Source of the DNA: an uncultured Verrucomicrobiota bacterium
GTDB taxonomy: Bacteria > Verrucomicrobiota > Kiritimatiellia > RFP12 > UBA1067
Assembly: GCA_946055075.1 (NCBI GenBank)
Contig: CAMGEN010000001.1
Span: 17,137 to 81,136, forward strand
DNA: 64,000 nucleotides
Direction of reading: 5' to 3'
The stretch's first letter is position 1. Every line of letters starts with the position of its first letter. Under the pieces are notes generated by a model. The model had not been told where the DNA came from. It saw only the letters and a program-made list of their open reading frames with translations, and made no database searches. The position numbers were made by a program, and so were the translations under genes. This document shows positions 47,722 through 56,541 of the stretch, one piece after another.

Positions 47722-49176
47722 ATGGAAAATGATGTAAATATGATGATCTGCGCTGATTGCGGGAAAGAATATGACGCTTCGGCGCCGTGCTGTCCGGAAT
47801 GCGGGCTGCCGGTGTCCGGAGTAATGCCGGATGTCAAGATGATCGAGATCTCGAAAATGGGTAATCCGTACTGGGGACGGTACCGAGAAGTGCAAGACCG
47901 ATCCCAAATCAATCATGACAGCGGGGCCGGAATCGTGGAGTTCTTCGACGAGGTCGCCGATTCTGCGGATGCAGGCGATCTGATGGCCAAGTATTTCCTC
48001 GCGACGGAGGTGTTTAAAGGCGAAAAGCATCAGCGTCGGGCGTATGAGCTGCTGAAGGAGGCGTCAGATGCCGGCAGTTCGATGGCGGAGAACGAGCTCG
48101 GATCGATGTATTGCCGGGGTGCTTATGTCGCTAAGGACTTCGGCGCCGCGACGCGGTATTTTCGTCGTGCGGCGATGAGGGGTGATCCCGTCGCGATGCG
48201 TAATCTCGGCGACCGTTATCTTTCCGGAGAAGGCGTCCGCCATGACACGGCTAAAGCGATAGCCTGTTTCGAACAGTCGTATGCGAGCGGCTGGTGGAGG
48301 GCGGCAAGGGATCTTTCGGACGTGTATTCGAGTCCGGACTACGGTTGCGTCGATTATGCGAAAGCCGTGATGTACGCGAGGTTCGCCGCGAACGCCGGAG
48401 ATGCGGAAAGCAAGTACCGGATGTACGAGCTCTACATGAACGGACAGGGCGTTGAACGCGACCCTGGCGGAGCATTAGTGTGGTGCCTGCAGGCGGCTGA
48501 AGAATTTTATGTCCCAGCGATGGAGACGATGGCGCTCTTCTATGAAAGAGGCGTCGTGGTCAAGGCCGATTATTCGGAAGCGTTCAAGTGGTACGAGAAG
48601 GCTGCCGCCGGCGGTTCGAATTGGGCGAAGCTCCAGCTTGCGGTTTATCATAATCTCGGGATCGTGGGCGAAGAGAATCCGTCGCGCGCGTATTATCTCG
48701 CGATGAGTGCGTTGGATTCGGGATATAATGAGGCCCTGTGGCAGGTGTCGTATCATTTCCGGACCGGACGGGGCGTGCGCCAGGATACGGCCAAGGCGGA
48801 CGAATATCTTAGGCGCGCGCTGAACGAAGGCACTCAGTTCGCGTGGCGGGCGTGCAAGCCCGAGACCGCTCGTCACGAACTTGAGATTCGGATGCGCTGG
48901 GCTGGAAAGGACAAGGATCGGCTATCCAGGATTGTCGACTGGCTGGAGCGGAGCGATTGCCCGGATGAGGCGCGGGAAATTCGTTCGAAGCATCCGGAGA
49001 TTACGGAAGTGCGGCCGGAGGAGCATCGGAAGCACGTGACGCCTTGCCTATGGCGGAAAGATTCGACGCCGTCCGCGGCCCTTGTGTCCGATGGCTTTAA
49101 GTTCATACGCCGTGTGATTGCGGTGGTAATCGGCGCGTTTCTGATCGCGCTGGCGAAGCAGCTGTTTGTGTTATAA
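47722..49176 (+). CDS. zinc-ribbon + Sel1-repeat protein with C-terminal TM anchor
   Basis: 484 aa. An N-terminal CADCG...CCPECG zinc ribbon, at least 6 Sel1-like repeats, and a terminal hydrophobic helix (VIAVVIGAFLIALAKQLFVL). Confidence 0.55.
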   Translation: MENDVNMMICADCGKEYDASAPCCPECGLPVSGVMPDVKMIEISKMGNPYWGRYREVQDRSQINHDSGAGIVEFFDEVADSADAGDLMAKYFLATEVFKGEKHQRRAYELLKEASDAGSSMAENELGSMYCRGAYVAKDFGAATRYFRRAAMRGDPVAMRNLGDRYLSGEGVRHDTAKAIACFEQSYASGWWRAARDLSDVYSSPDYGCVDYAKAVMYARFAANAGDAESKYRMYELYMNGQGVERDPGGALVWCLQAAEEFYVPAMETMALFYERGVVVKADYSEAFKWYEKAAAGGSNWAKLQLAVYHNLGIVGEENPSRAYYLAMSALDSGYNEALWQVSYHFRTGRGVRQDTAKADEYLRRALNEGTQFAWRACKPETARHELEIRMRWAGKDKDRLSRIVDWLERSDCPDEAREIRSKHPEITEVRPEEHRKHVTPCLWRKDSTPSAALVSDGFKFIRRVIAVVIGAFLIALAKQLFVL

Positions 49177-49233
49177 TTAAGGAGAAGGAAAGATGATCGG
49201 TGCAATTGTCGATTTCACAGGAGGGATGATAAG

Positions 49234-49875
49234 ATGCGTTTGATTTTTGTGTTGTCGCTGGTTATGTCCGTATTTTGCGGTTGCAGGTATGAACGGGTAA
49301 TCTTGCCAGGAATTCCGTATGCGTCGGAACCGAAAAACGCAGAACTGCTTTATGAAGTTGACGACCTTGCGCTTTTTGCAGGCAAAACGGAATCGGATAT
49401 TGCTTTTAACAAGTCGAATGATTGGCTCCAGCGCAATTCTCTATTCATGCGACGGTGCATGGAATCGGGGCGGGAAGAGTGGCGTCTTATAATGACGGCG
49501 GAAGGCGATTGGAAGCTTGCAGAGGGTATGGGCAAGTGGTGTAATGACCGAGCGAAAGACGCAAGACGGGACTTCTGTGTTATGAAGGCCAGCTTGTCAA
49601 AAGATCGGAAGACGGTCTGGATGGTTTGCGATCCGCACATCGGCACATATTACATCGTCGGTCGGCTCGATCTTAATACAAACACATTTCGGGTGTTGAT
49701 GGATGGAGACACGGCTGAAGAGCAGTCGGATGGTACGATTTTGGTTAAGGGCAAGAAGACGTATCTCAATGATGAGAACGGAGAGTCGCTTGGCGCGGCG
49801 TGGTACGATCTTTGGATGACACCCGATGGTAAAGTCATTCGAAAGACGAAACCCTTGACCGCCGACCAGTTGTAG
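49234..49875 (+). CDS. lipoprotein (duplicated module, copy 1)
   Basis: 213 aa. A lipobox (SVFCGC). The mature part is 100% identical to 52303-52944. Confidence 0.6.
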   Translation: MRLIFVLSLVMSVFCGCRYERVILPGIPYASEPKNAELLYEVDDLALFAGKTESDIAFNKSNDWLQRNSLFMRRCMESGREEWRLIMTAEGDWKLAEGMGKWCNDRAKDARRDFCVMKASLSKDRKTVWMVCDPHIGTYYIVGRLDLNTNTFRVLMDGDTAEEQSDGTILVKGKKTYLNDENGESLGAAWYDLWMTPDGKVIRKTKPLTADQL

Positions 49876-49900
49876 GACGAATAGCAAAGAGAGAATGAAA
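49276..49900. repeat. 625-bp perfect direct repeat, copy 1
   Basis: It is identical to 52345-52969 (offset 3069 bp), including 25 bp beyond the stop codon. Identical antisense ORFs are seen in the track. Confidence 0.9.
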
Positions 49901-49912
49901 AGGAGAAATAAA

Positions 49913-52237
49913 ATGAAGAAGCTGATTGTCGTGAGTTTTGCGCTGGTGGTTTTTGTTACGGGATGTAATGTGAAAGATGACGAGCAGAAAGTGCCGGTGG
50001 CTGCGGGATTCGAGATTCCCCGGTCGTTGGTGACACGAATGCTGGATGCGCATGATCGGGCAAGGAATAGAACCGCGGGGAGAGGCACTGACTTCGATTC
50101 GGCGGAAATGATCTCGCTGGCGAACGGACCGAAGCTGCTAAACGGACTGGAGCTGACGAATGCGCTGGAGATCGCAAGCCGTCCGCGCGGCGAGATGAAG
50201 TTCTGCGATGACGGTCTTCCTGATTCCGAACGTCATGATCTCTGGCCGTTTGAAATCGAGAAGTTCGAGGCGGAGCTGGAGTCGAAGATGGAGGTTTCGG
50301 CGGAATATGGCTATCAGATGAAGCCCCAGTTTGAAAAATTGGCCGGGAGTGTCGGGAGGGGAGGTTTCGGACAAGGCAATCAGACTCTGCAGTGGGTCAA
50401 TAGGGAAGTCGAGCAGTGGGCTGTCAAGGAACTGGACAAGGAATTCGGCCGGGTTGAAGCCGCGGAGTTCTGCGCGACATTCCGTTTTGAGGAAATGCCG
50501 GAGGGCGTTTCCGCGTGGCAGGTTGGGGCGGAGCTATATCTCATCATACGGCGCGGCGAAGAGGCGTGGGAGCCGCGCGAGTATGAGTTTGTGCGTTGTA
50601 AGGAAGGTCGCGCGCCGCATCACGTGGCCACATTCGATTCGTTTCCCGGTGCCATGGCGGTAGCTGCCGTGTTCCGGTGCAATCATGACGTTGCGGGTGG
50701 TCACAATGTTGCCGCCATGATATGGAATCACCAGTGTGATCGGGTGCAAATGAGCCCTTATCGAATCTATGACCTGCTGTTGGATGCTTCCTGTGGCGGG
50801 ATTGTGACGGCAAAGGAGAATCTTGAGGTTATGCGGAAGCATATGCCCGAGGTCGTTTGCCTGGATGAGGTGATGTTGCGGGAGGCGTCGCGGCTGTCGG
50901 ATGTCGAGGCGAAGCAGGTCAGGATCCTCCGTACGGGGGTAGTGGGATCGTCAAATGCGTCGACCGACAGTCCCAATGGGGTTTTCTGTCCGGGGCTTGG
51001 TTTTGCGAAGGACGTGTTATGGGAGGAGCCTGACGATGACGTGAGGAACGACTCGCGAGGTGAGCTTTTGGTCGACTTGTTCAACATGACGACAAACAGG
51101 GCGGTTCGGCTTGTGACGTTCACCTTGCGGAAAAAGTTGATGCGCGTGATAAAGGAGAGTCGGCGGATGCAGCCTGTCAGGGAAGATGAGGAAGTCGTTT
51201 GTTCGCGAGTTTTCATTCGGCCGGGGGGTGCGTTTAAGGCGCGAGTCGAGTTCAAGCCGCAGGTTGTCGATGACAAGTCGAAATATGCGGTCGACTTCAA
51301 GCTGGAGATCAAGGAGGTTTACGGATGCGAGAGCAGCGAGGACGAATGGTGTCCGAAAAACAGTCTTCGGGTGAAGAGCGGATCGTTTCGGGATCCCAAG
51401 CCGGGAGACGTGGTGACGCTCGTGTTTACGAATGACGTCGAGATGGCGTTTTGTTGGTGTCCCGCGACGACGAGCCCGGAATGGATGCTGATATCTGGCG
51501 GAAAGGACTATTTCATGATGGGCTGTCCGACAAACGAATTGGGTGCGGTAGGTGACGAGACACTTCATCCTGTTATGCTGACGAGAGGTTTTTGGATAGC
51601 GCAAACGCCAATGACCGAGCGGCAGTTTCTGGCGGCAGGCGGCAAGCTGAGTTCTCCGTGGCCGTCACCTGGAGAATTGCCGGTACAGGCATCGTGGTCG
51701 GATTGCAGGGACTGCTGCGCGAACTTGTCGTCGATGGTCCGCAAGCTGCATTTGAGCGTCGCTATGCCGACTGAGGCCGAATGGGAATATGCCTGCCGTG
51801 CGGGGACGACGACGGCGCTGAATAGTGGAAAGGATCTGACATCCGAATTTAACAGGTGCAAGAACATGGATGAAGTCGGGTGGTATGCTCGGTGGCCGGG
51901 TGATTCGATGAATCGCCCATGCGGTGTAAAGCGATTCAAGCCGAACGCCTGGAATGCCTATGACATGCACGGTAACGTTTTCGAGTGGTGTTTCGACGAC
52001 TATGGATGGTTGCCTGGAACTCTTATGGTTGATCCGACCGGTCCTGAACGCGGTTATGTTCATGTTGCCCGAGGAGGCGACAGCACTTCCAATCCGTGTA
52101 ATTGTCGTTCGGCGTCGCGTTGCAGAATATTTAAAGATGAGGCCGGCATTCGTCCGATTATGCGCTACTTCGAGCGGTATGAGGATTTGCTGGGGAGGGA
52201 GTGTGTGAAACGGGCTGACGGTCGAAGGGGCCATTAA
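49913..52237 (+). CDS. lipoprotein with C-terminal formylglycine-generating-enzyme (FGE/SUMF1) domain
   Basis: 774 aa from the ATG at 49913 (SD AAAGGAG). A lipobox (FVTGC). The C-terminal 250 aa, HPVMLTRGFWIAQTPMTERQF...LPTEAEWEYACRAG...AWNAYDMHGNVFEWCFDDYG, matches the FGE-sulfatase fold. The N-terminal 500 aa are unknown. Confidence 0.7.
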   Translation: MKKLIVVSFALVVFVTGCNVKDDEQKVPVAAGFEIPRSLVTRMLDAHDRARNRTAGRGTDFDSAEMISLANGPKLLNGLELTNALEIASRPRGEMKFCDDGLPDSERHDLWPFEIEKFEAELESKMEVSAEYGYQMKPQFEKLAGSVGRGGFGQGNQTLQWVNREVEQWAVKELDKEFGRVEAAEFCATFRFEEMPEGVSAWQVGAELYLIIRRGEEAWEPREYEFVRCKEGRAPHHVATFDSFPGAMAVAAVFRCNHDVAGGHNVAAMIWNHQCDRVQMSPYRIYDLLLDASCGGIVTAKENLEVMRKHMPEVVCLDEVMLREASRLSDVEAKQVRILRTGVVGSSNASTDSPNGVFCPGLGFAKDVLWEEPDDDVRNDSRGELLVDLFNMTTNRAVRLVTFTLRKKLMRVIKESRRMQPVREDEEVVCSRVFIRPGGAFKARVEFKPQVVDDKSKYAVDFKLEIKEVYGCESSEDEWCPKNSLRVKSGSFRDPKPGDVVTLVFTNDVEMAFCWCPATTSPEWMLISGGKDYFMMGCPTNELGAVGDETLHPVMLTRGFWIAQTPMTERQFLAAGGKLSSPWPSPGELPVQASWSDCRDCCANLSSMVRKLHLSVAMPTEAEWEYACRAGTTTALNSGKDLTSEFNRCKNMDEVGWYARWPGDSMNRPCGVKRFKPNAWNAYDMHGNVFEWCFDDYGWLPGTLMVDPTGPERGYVHVARGGDSTSNPCNCRSASRCRIFKDEAGIRPIMRYFERYEDLLGRECVKRADGRRGH

Positions 52238-52302
52238 GAATGAAAAATCTTATCATCTGGCAATTTATGGGGGGTCTGAAAACAAGACTGATCAGGCATG
52301 TG

Positions 52303-52944
52303 ATGAAACATTATTTATTGGCGTTTATGGTCGCACTGACCACGTGCGGTTGCAGGTATGAACGGGTAATCTTGCCAGGAATTCCGTATGCGTCGGAACC
52401 GAAAAACGCAGAACTGCTTTATGAAGTTGACGACCTTGCGCTTTTTGCAGGCAAAACGGAATCGGATATTGCTTTTAACAAGTCGAATGATTGGCTCCAG
52501 CGCAATTCTCTATTCATGCGACGGTGCATGGAATCGGGGCGGGAAGAGTGGCGTCTTATAATGACGGCGGAAGGCGATTGGAAGCTTGCAGAGGGTATGG
52601 GCAAGTGGTGTAATGACCGAGCGAAAGACGCAAGACGGGACTTCTGTGTTATGAAGGCCAGCTTGTCAAAAGATCGGAAGACGGTCTGGATGGTTTGCGA
52701 TCCGCACATCGGCACATATTACATCGTCGGTCGGCTCGATCTTAATACAAACACATTTCGGGTGTTGATGGATGGAGACACGGCTGAAGAGCAGTCGGAT
52801 GGTACGATTTTGGTTAAGGGCAAGAAGACGTATCTCAATGATGAGAACGGAGAGTCGCTTGGCGCGGCGTGGTACGATCTTTGGATGACACCCGATGGTA
52901 AAGTCATTCGAAAGACGAAACCCTTGACCGCCGACCAGTTGTAG
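52303..52944 (+). CDS. lipoprotein (duplicated module, copy 2) with a different signal peptide
   Basis: A lipobox (ALTTCGC). The mature part is identical to copy 1. Confidence 0.6.
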   Translation: MKHYLLAFMVALTTCGCRYERVILPGIPYASEPKNAELLYEVDDLALFAGKTESDIAFNKSNDWLQRNSLFMRRCMESGREEWRLIMTAEGDWKLAEGMGKWCNDRAKDARRDFCVMKASLSKDRKTVWMVCDPHIGTYYIVGRLDLNTNTFRVLMDGDTAEEQSDGTILVKGKKTYLNDENGESLGAAWYDLWMTPDGKVIRKTKPLTADQL

Positions 52945-52969
52945 GACGAATAGCAAAGAGAGAATGAAA
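52345..52969. repeat. 625-bp perfect direct repeat, copy 2
   Basis: See 49276-49900. Confidence 0.9.
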
Positions 52970-53039
52970 GATCGGAGACTGGTGAATAGGTTCGAGCGAA
53001 GGCGGGCAGGGACTGATTTATGATATAATATTCGTTACT

Positions 53040-54749
53040 ATGAAATGGACAAAGTACCTTATTCAGACGCTCCGTGAAAATCCCGGAGACGCGGAAATCG
53101 ATTCCCACAAGCTAATGGTCCGTGCGGGCCTCATCAAGAAGATGGCCGGTGGCCTTTATACCTACCTCCCGCTTGGCATGCGCGCGCTCCGCAAGGTGCA
53201 GCAGATCGTCCGCGAAGAGATGGATCGCGCCGGTGCCCAGGAGATCGTGATGCCGATCCTCCAGCCCGCGGAACTCTGGAAGGAGTCCGGACGCTGGGAG
53301 TCGATGGGTCCGAACATGTTCAAGGTCAAGGACCGCGCCTCGCACGATTACGCGCTTGCGCCGACCGCCGAGGAGGCGGTGACGGACGTCATCCGCGGCA
53401 TCGTTTCGTCCTATCGTCAGCTTCCCTGCACCGTCTATCAGATCCAGTGGAAGTTCCGTGACGAGATCCGTCCACGCTTCGGCCTCATGCGCTCCAAGGA
53501 GTTCCTGATGAAGGACGCCTATTCCTTCGACGTGTCGATGGAAGCCGCGGACGCGAGCTATATGGCGATGTTCAACGCCTATAAGAAGGTGTTCGCCCGC
53601 TGCGGACTCAACGCCGTCCCGGTTGAAGCCGACACCGGCGACATCGGCGGCAAGTTCTCCCACGAGTTTCATGTTCTCGCCGATGCCGGTGAAGATGGTA
53701 TCGCCGCATGCGAGTGCGGTTACGCCGCGAACCTCGAGAAGGCGGAGCGGAAAGTGCAGGGTGCAGAGTGCGGAGTGCATGCTGTGGAGTGCGGGGAGAT
53801 CGAGAAGATCTCTACGCCCAACGCCAAGACGATCGAGGAGATCTCGAAGTTCATGGGCGAAGAACCCTCGCAGTTCGTGAAGACGCTTGTCTATGTCGCG
53901 GACGGCAAGACGATCCTCTGCTGCGTTCCGGGCGACTACGAGGTTAATGAGATTAAGCTCAAGCACCTCCTCGATGTGAAGTCGCTCGAGCTCGCCGCGC
54001 CAGCGATCGTCGAAGAGACCACGGGCGCCGCGGTCGGTTTCGCGGGTCCTGTCGGCGCGAAGGTTCCGGTTTACGCCGATTCCTCGCTCGAAGGTGCGAA
54101 AGGCATGATCGTCGGCGGCAATGAGACCGATGTGCATCTCAAGAACGTCGATCTCGCGCGGGATACGAAGATTGAGAAGTTCGCGGACCTCGTCATTGTC
54201 CGTGACGGCGATATTTGTCCGAAGTGCGGAAGGCCTATGAAGATCAAGCGTGGCATCGAGGTCGGACACGTCTTCAAGCTCGGCAGGAAGTACACGGACG
54301 CGATGAAGGGCGTCTACAAGACCAACGAACTCAAGGAAGAGACGATGATCATGGGCTGCTACGGCATCGGCGTGAGCCGCACGATGCAGGCCGTGATCGA
54401 ACAGCGTCACGACAAGGACGGCATCATCTGGCCAGCGTCCGTCGCGCCTTTCCAGGTCGTGATCGAGAATCTCGACGCCGACAAGGCCGAGGTCACCGCG
54501 GTCGCGGACGAACTCGAGGCGAAGCTTGAGTCCGCTGGTATTGACGTGATCGTCGACGACCGTGCGGAGCGTCCCGGCGTCAAGTTCAAGGACGCCGACC
54601 TGATCGGTTTTCCGGTGCGCGTCGTCGTCGGAGCGAAGGGGCTTGCCAACGGAGGCGTCGAGATCAAGCGCCGCGATCAGGACAAGTCCCAGACGAAGAT
54701 CGTCGCCCCTGCGGATGCGTTCGAGGCGATCAAGGCGGCGCTCGCGTAA
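53040..54749 (+). CDS. proS: proline--tRNA ligase (bacterial type with INS editing domain)
   Basis: 569 aa. MKWTKYLIQTLRENPGDAEIDSHKLMVRAGLIKKMAGGLYTYLPLGMRALRKV with class II motifs. It carries an in-frame insert KVQGAECGVHAVECGEIEK encoded by a repeat. Confidence 0.92.
   Translation: MKWTKYLIQTLRENPGDAEIDSHKLMVRAGLIKKMAGGLYTYLPLGMRALRKVQQIVREEMDRAGAQEIVMPILQPAELWKESGRWESMGPNMFKVKDRASHDYALAPTAEEAVTDVIRGIVSSYRQLPCTVYQIQWKFRDEIRPRFGLMRSKEFLMKDAYSFDVSMEAADASYMAMFNAYKKVFARCGLNAVPVEADTGDIGGKFSHEFHVLADAGEDGIAACECGYAANLEKAERKVQGAECGVHAVECGEIEKISTPNAKTIEEISKFMGEEPSQFVKTLVYVADGKTILCCVPGDYEVNEIKLKHLLDVKSLELAAPAIVEETTGAAVGFAGPVGAKVPVYADSSLEGAKGMIVGGNETDVHLKNVDLARDTKIEKFADLVIVRDGDICPKCGRPMKIKRGIEVGHVFKLGRKYTDAMKGVYKTNELKEETMIMGCYGIGVSRTMQAVIEQRHDKDGIIWPASVAPFQVVIENLDADKAEVTAVADELEAKLESAGIDVIVDDRAERPGVKFKDADLIGFPVRVVVGAKGLANGGVEIKRRDQDKSQTKIVAPADAFEAIKAALA
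53753..53797. repeat. GTGCAGR heptamer array in-frame in proS
   Basis: The sequence gtgcagggtgcagagtgcggagtgcatgctgtggagtgcgggg is the same family as 13771 and 21643. Confidence 0.6.
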
Positions 54750-55939
54750 TGGCGGGTGTCGTCAATTCGCGGCGCACGGCCGCCTTCATCTTCGCGAAGT
54801 GGCTCGCGACCAAGGACTTTCCGGCGACCATGCTGCCGGAAGGTCCTGACCGTGCGTTTGTGCAGGATCTCGTCTATACCACGATCCGCAGACTGCGTCC
54901 TTTGCGGCGCATTCTCGGCGGATTCCTGAAGACCTGGCCGAAGGGCGAGCTCGAGGCGCTCCTCTATATCGGCGCCGCGCAGATCCTCTACATGAAGGAG
55001 GTTCCTGATTTCGCCGCGGTCAGCGCGACGGTGGATGCCGCGAAGGCGTCCCCGAACAAGAATATCGCGAAGGTCGTCAACGGCGTGCTGCGTAATCTCA
55101 TCCGGAAGCGCGATGAAGGCGTCGACTTCATGGAAGGTGCTCTCCTGGAGGAACGCGAGAGCTTTCCGACCGCGCTTGTGAAGCGTTGGATAGACCGCTT
55201 TGGCAAGGAGAACGCGGAGAAGCTCTGCAAGTGGCACAACGAACCCGCGGAGACCTGGATTGCGAGATCCGACCGCAGTTTCACGAAACTGGAGCGCGGC
55301 GAACGGGTTGAGAGCGTAAAGGGCTTTGCCGAAGGCGAGTTCATTGTGCAGGATCCCGGAACGCAGCTTGCGATCGAGCTGATGGATGTGAAGCGCGGCG
55401 AGAAGATCCTCGATGCGTGTGCGGCGCCTGGCGGCAAGACGATCCAGCTCGCGTGGCGCGGCGCCAAGGTTACGGCCTGCGAGGTCAATCCCAAGCGTTG
55501 CCGCCGTCTCATCGCGAACCTGGAGAGAGTTGGAGTTATGAGTGGGAGCTCGAGAGTGGAGGTCATCGATTCAATTCCTCAATCTCAACCTTCAACCTCA
55601 ACCTCTTTCCTCAAGATCCTTGTCGACGCGCCGTGCTCGAACACGGGCGTGTTGCGGCGGCGTCCCGATGCGCGCTGGAACTGGAGCGAGGAGAAGCTGA
55701 AGGAGCTTGTGAAGCTGCAGGCGGAGATCCTCGATCAGGTGGCGCCGCTCGTCGTGCCAGGCGGATCTATCGTCTATTCGACGTGTTCGAACGAACCTGA
55801 GGAGAACCTCGAGCAGGTGCGTGCGTTCACGCGGCGTCACAAGGATTTCCATATCGTCACATCGAAGGAGTCGATCCCCTACGAGTCGGGACACGACGGC
55901 GCGTTTGCGGCGCTTATTACAAGGAACATCGAGCAGTGA
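54749..55939 (+). CDS. rsmB: 16S rRNA m5C967 methyltransferase RsmB/Sun (NusB-like N-domain + MTase)
   Basis: 396 aa. The SAM site FIVQDPGTQLAIELMDVKRGEKILDACAAPGGKT and the catalytic PCS/TC region (DAPCSNTG, STCS). It carries an in-frame insert IPQSQPSTSTSF from a repeat. Confidence 0.85.
   Translation: MAGVVNSRRTAAFIFAKWLATKDFPATMLPEGPDRAFVQDLVYTTIRRLRPLRRILGGFLKTWPKGELEALLYIGAAQILYMKEVPDFAAVSATVDAAKASPNKNIAKVVNGVLRNLIRKRDEGVDFMEGALLEERESFPTALVKRWIDRFGKENAEKLCKWHNEPAETWIARSDRSFTKLERGERVESVKGFAEGEFIVQDPGTQLAIELMDVKRGEKILDACAAPGGKTIQLAWRGAKVTACEVNPKRCRRLIANLERVGVMSGSSRVEVIDSIPQSQPSTSTSFLKILVDAPCSNTGVLRRRPDARWNWSEEKLKELVKLQAEILDQVAPLVVPGGSIVYSTCSNEPEENLEQVRAFTRRHKDFHIVTSKESIPYESGHDGAFAALITRNIEQ
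55570..55614. repeat. AACCTYC/CAATCTC heptamer array in-frame in rsmB
   Basis: The sequence tcaattcctcaatctcaaccttcaacctcaacctctttcctcaag. Confidence 0.6.
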
Positions 55940-55990
55940 ACATGGAGCAGTTATGGAGGTAAAGGTTCTGAGAAAGATGAATATCCGCAA

Positions 55991-56062
55991 CTGTTCACTG
56001 TTCAATGATCACTGATCACTTGATTTTCAACTACCAACTATCAACTACCAACTATCAACTTA
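55991..56062. repeat. intergenic composite heptamer array (CTGTTCA x2, TGATCAC x2, CAACTAY x5)
   Basis: The sequence ctgttcactgttcaatgatcactgatcacttgattttcaactaccaactatcaactaccaactatcaactta lies upstream of the second DUF3127 gene. Confidence 0.65.
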
Positions 56063-56065
56063 ATT

Positions 56066-56452
56066 ATGGCACAGATCTATGAATATACTGGCGTCGTCGA
56101 AGAAGTGATGGCGGTCCAGACGTTCTCCAGCGGCTTCACCAAGCGTGACCTCATCATGGGGGACGAGAACAATGCGACCTCGAAGTATCCAAACTACATC
56201 AAGTTCACCTTCAAGAAGGACAACTGTTCGCTGTTGGACGGCATTCAGAAGGGACAGAAGGCGAAGGTGCGCTTCGCGATCGACGGACGCAAGTGGGAGG
56301 GCGGTACGAAGGGTGTTCAGTACTTCGTCGATCTCACTGCGCTCAAGGTTGAGGTCCTTAACGCCGACGGCACGTCGACCGAACCCGTTCCTGCGCCGGC
56401 AGAGCCCGACTTCCCGGAAGACGCCGGCATGGTCGATGACATGCCTTTCTGA
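56066..56452 (+). CDS. DUF3127-family small protein, paralogue 2, SSB-like tail (..VDDMPF)
   Basis: 128 aa, about 40% identical to 45671-46036 over the core (FSSGFTKRDL, FTFKKD, VRFAIDGRKWEGGTKGVQYFVDLTALKVEV). Confidence 0.55.
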   Translation: MAQIYEYTGVVEEVMAVQTFSSGFTKRDLIMGDENNATSKYPNYIKFTFKKDNCSLLDGIQKGQKAKVRFAIDGRKWEGGTKGVQYFVDLTALKVEVLNADGTSTEPVPAPAEPDFPEDAGMVDDMPF

Positions 56453-56540
56453 GTTAGGAAGTAGGAGTTAGGAATTAGGAATGAAGGAATATTAAATTCC
56501 GCAATTCCTAATTCATCATTCCCAATTCACTATTCTCCTC
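56451..56540. repeat. AT-rich GGAATKA repeat cluster with an internal imperfect inverted repeat
   Basis: The sequence gagttaggaagtaggagttaggaattaggaatgaaggaatattaaattccgcaattcctaattcatcattcccaattcac. Its arms, aggaattaggaatga / tcattcc..aattcct, are related to the CATTCCC family. Confidence 0.5.
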
Positions 56541-56541
56541 A

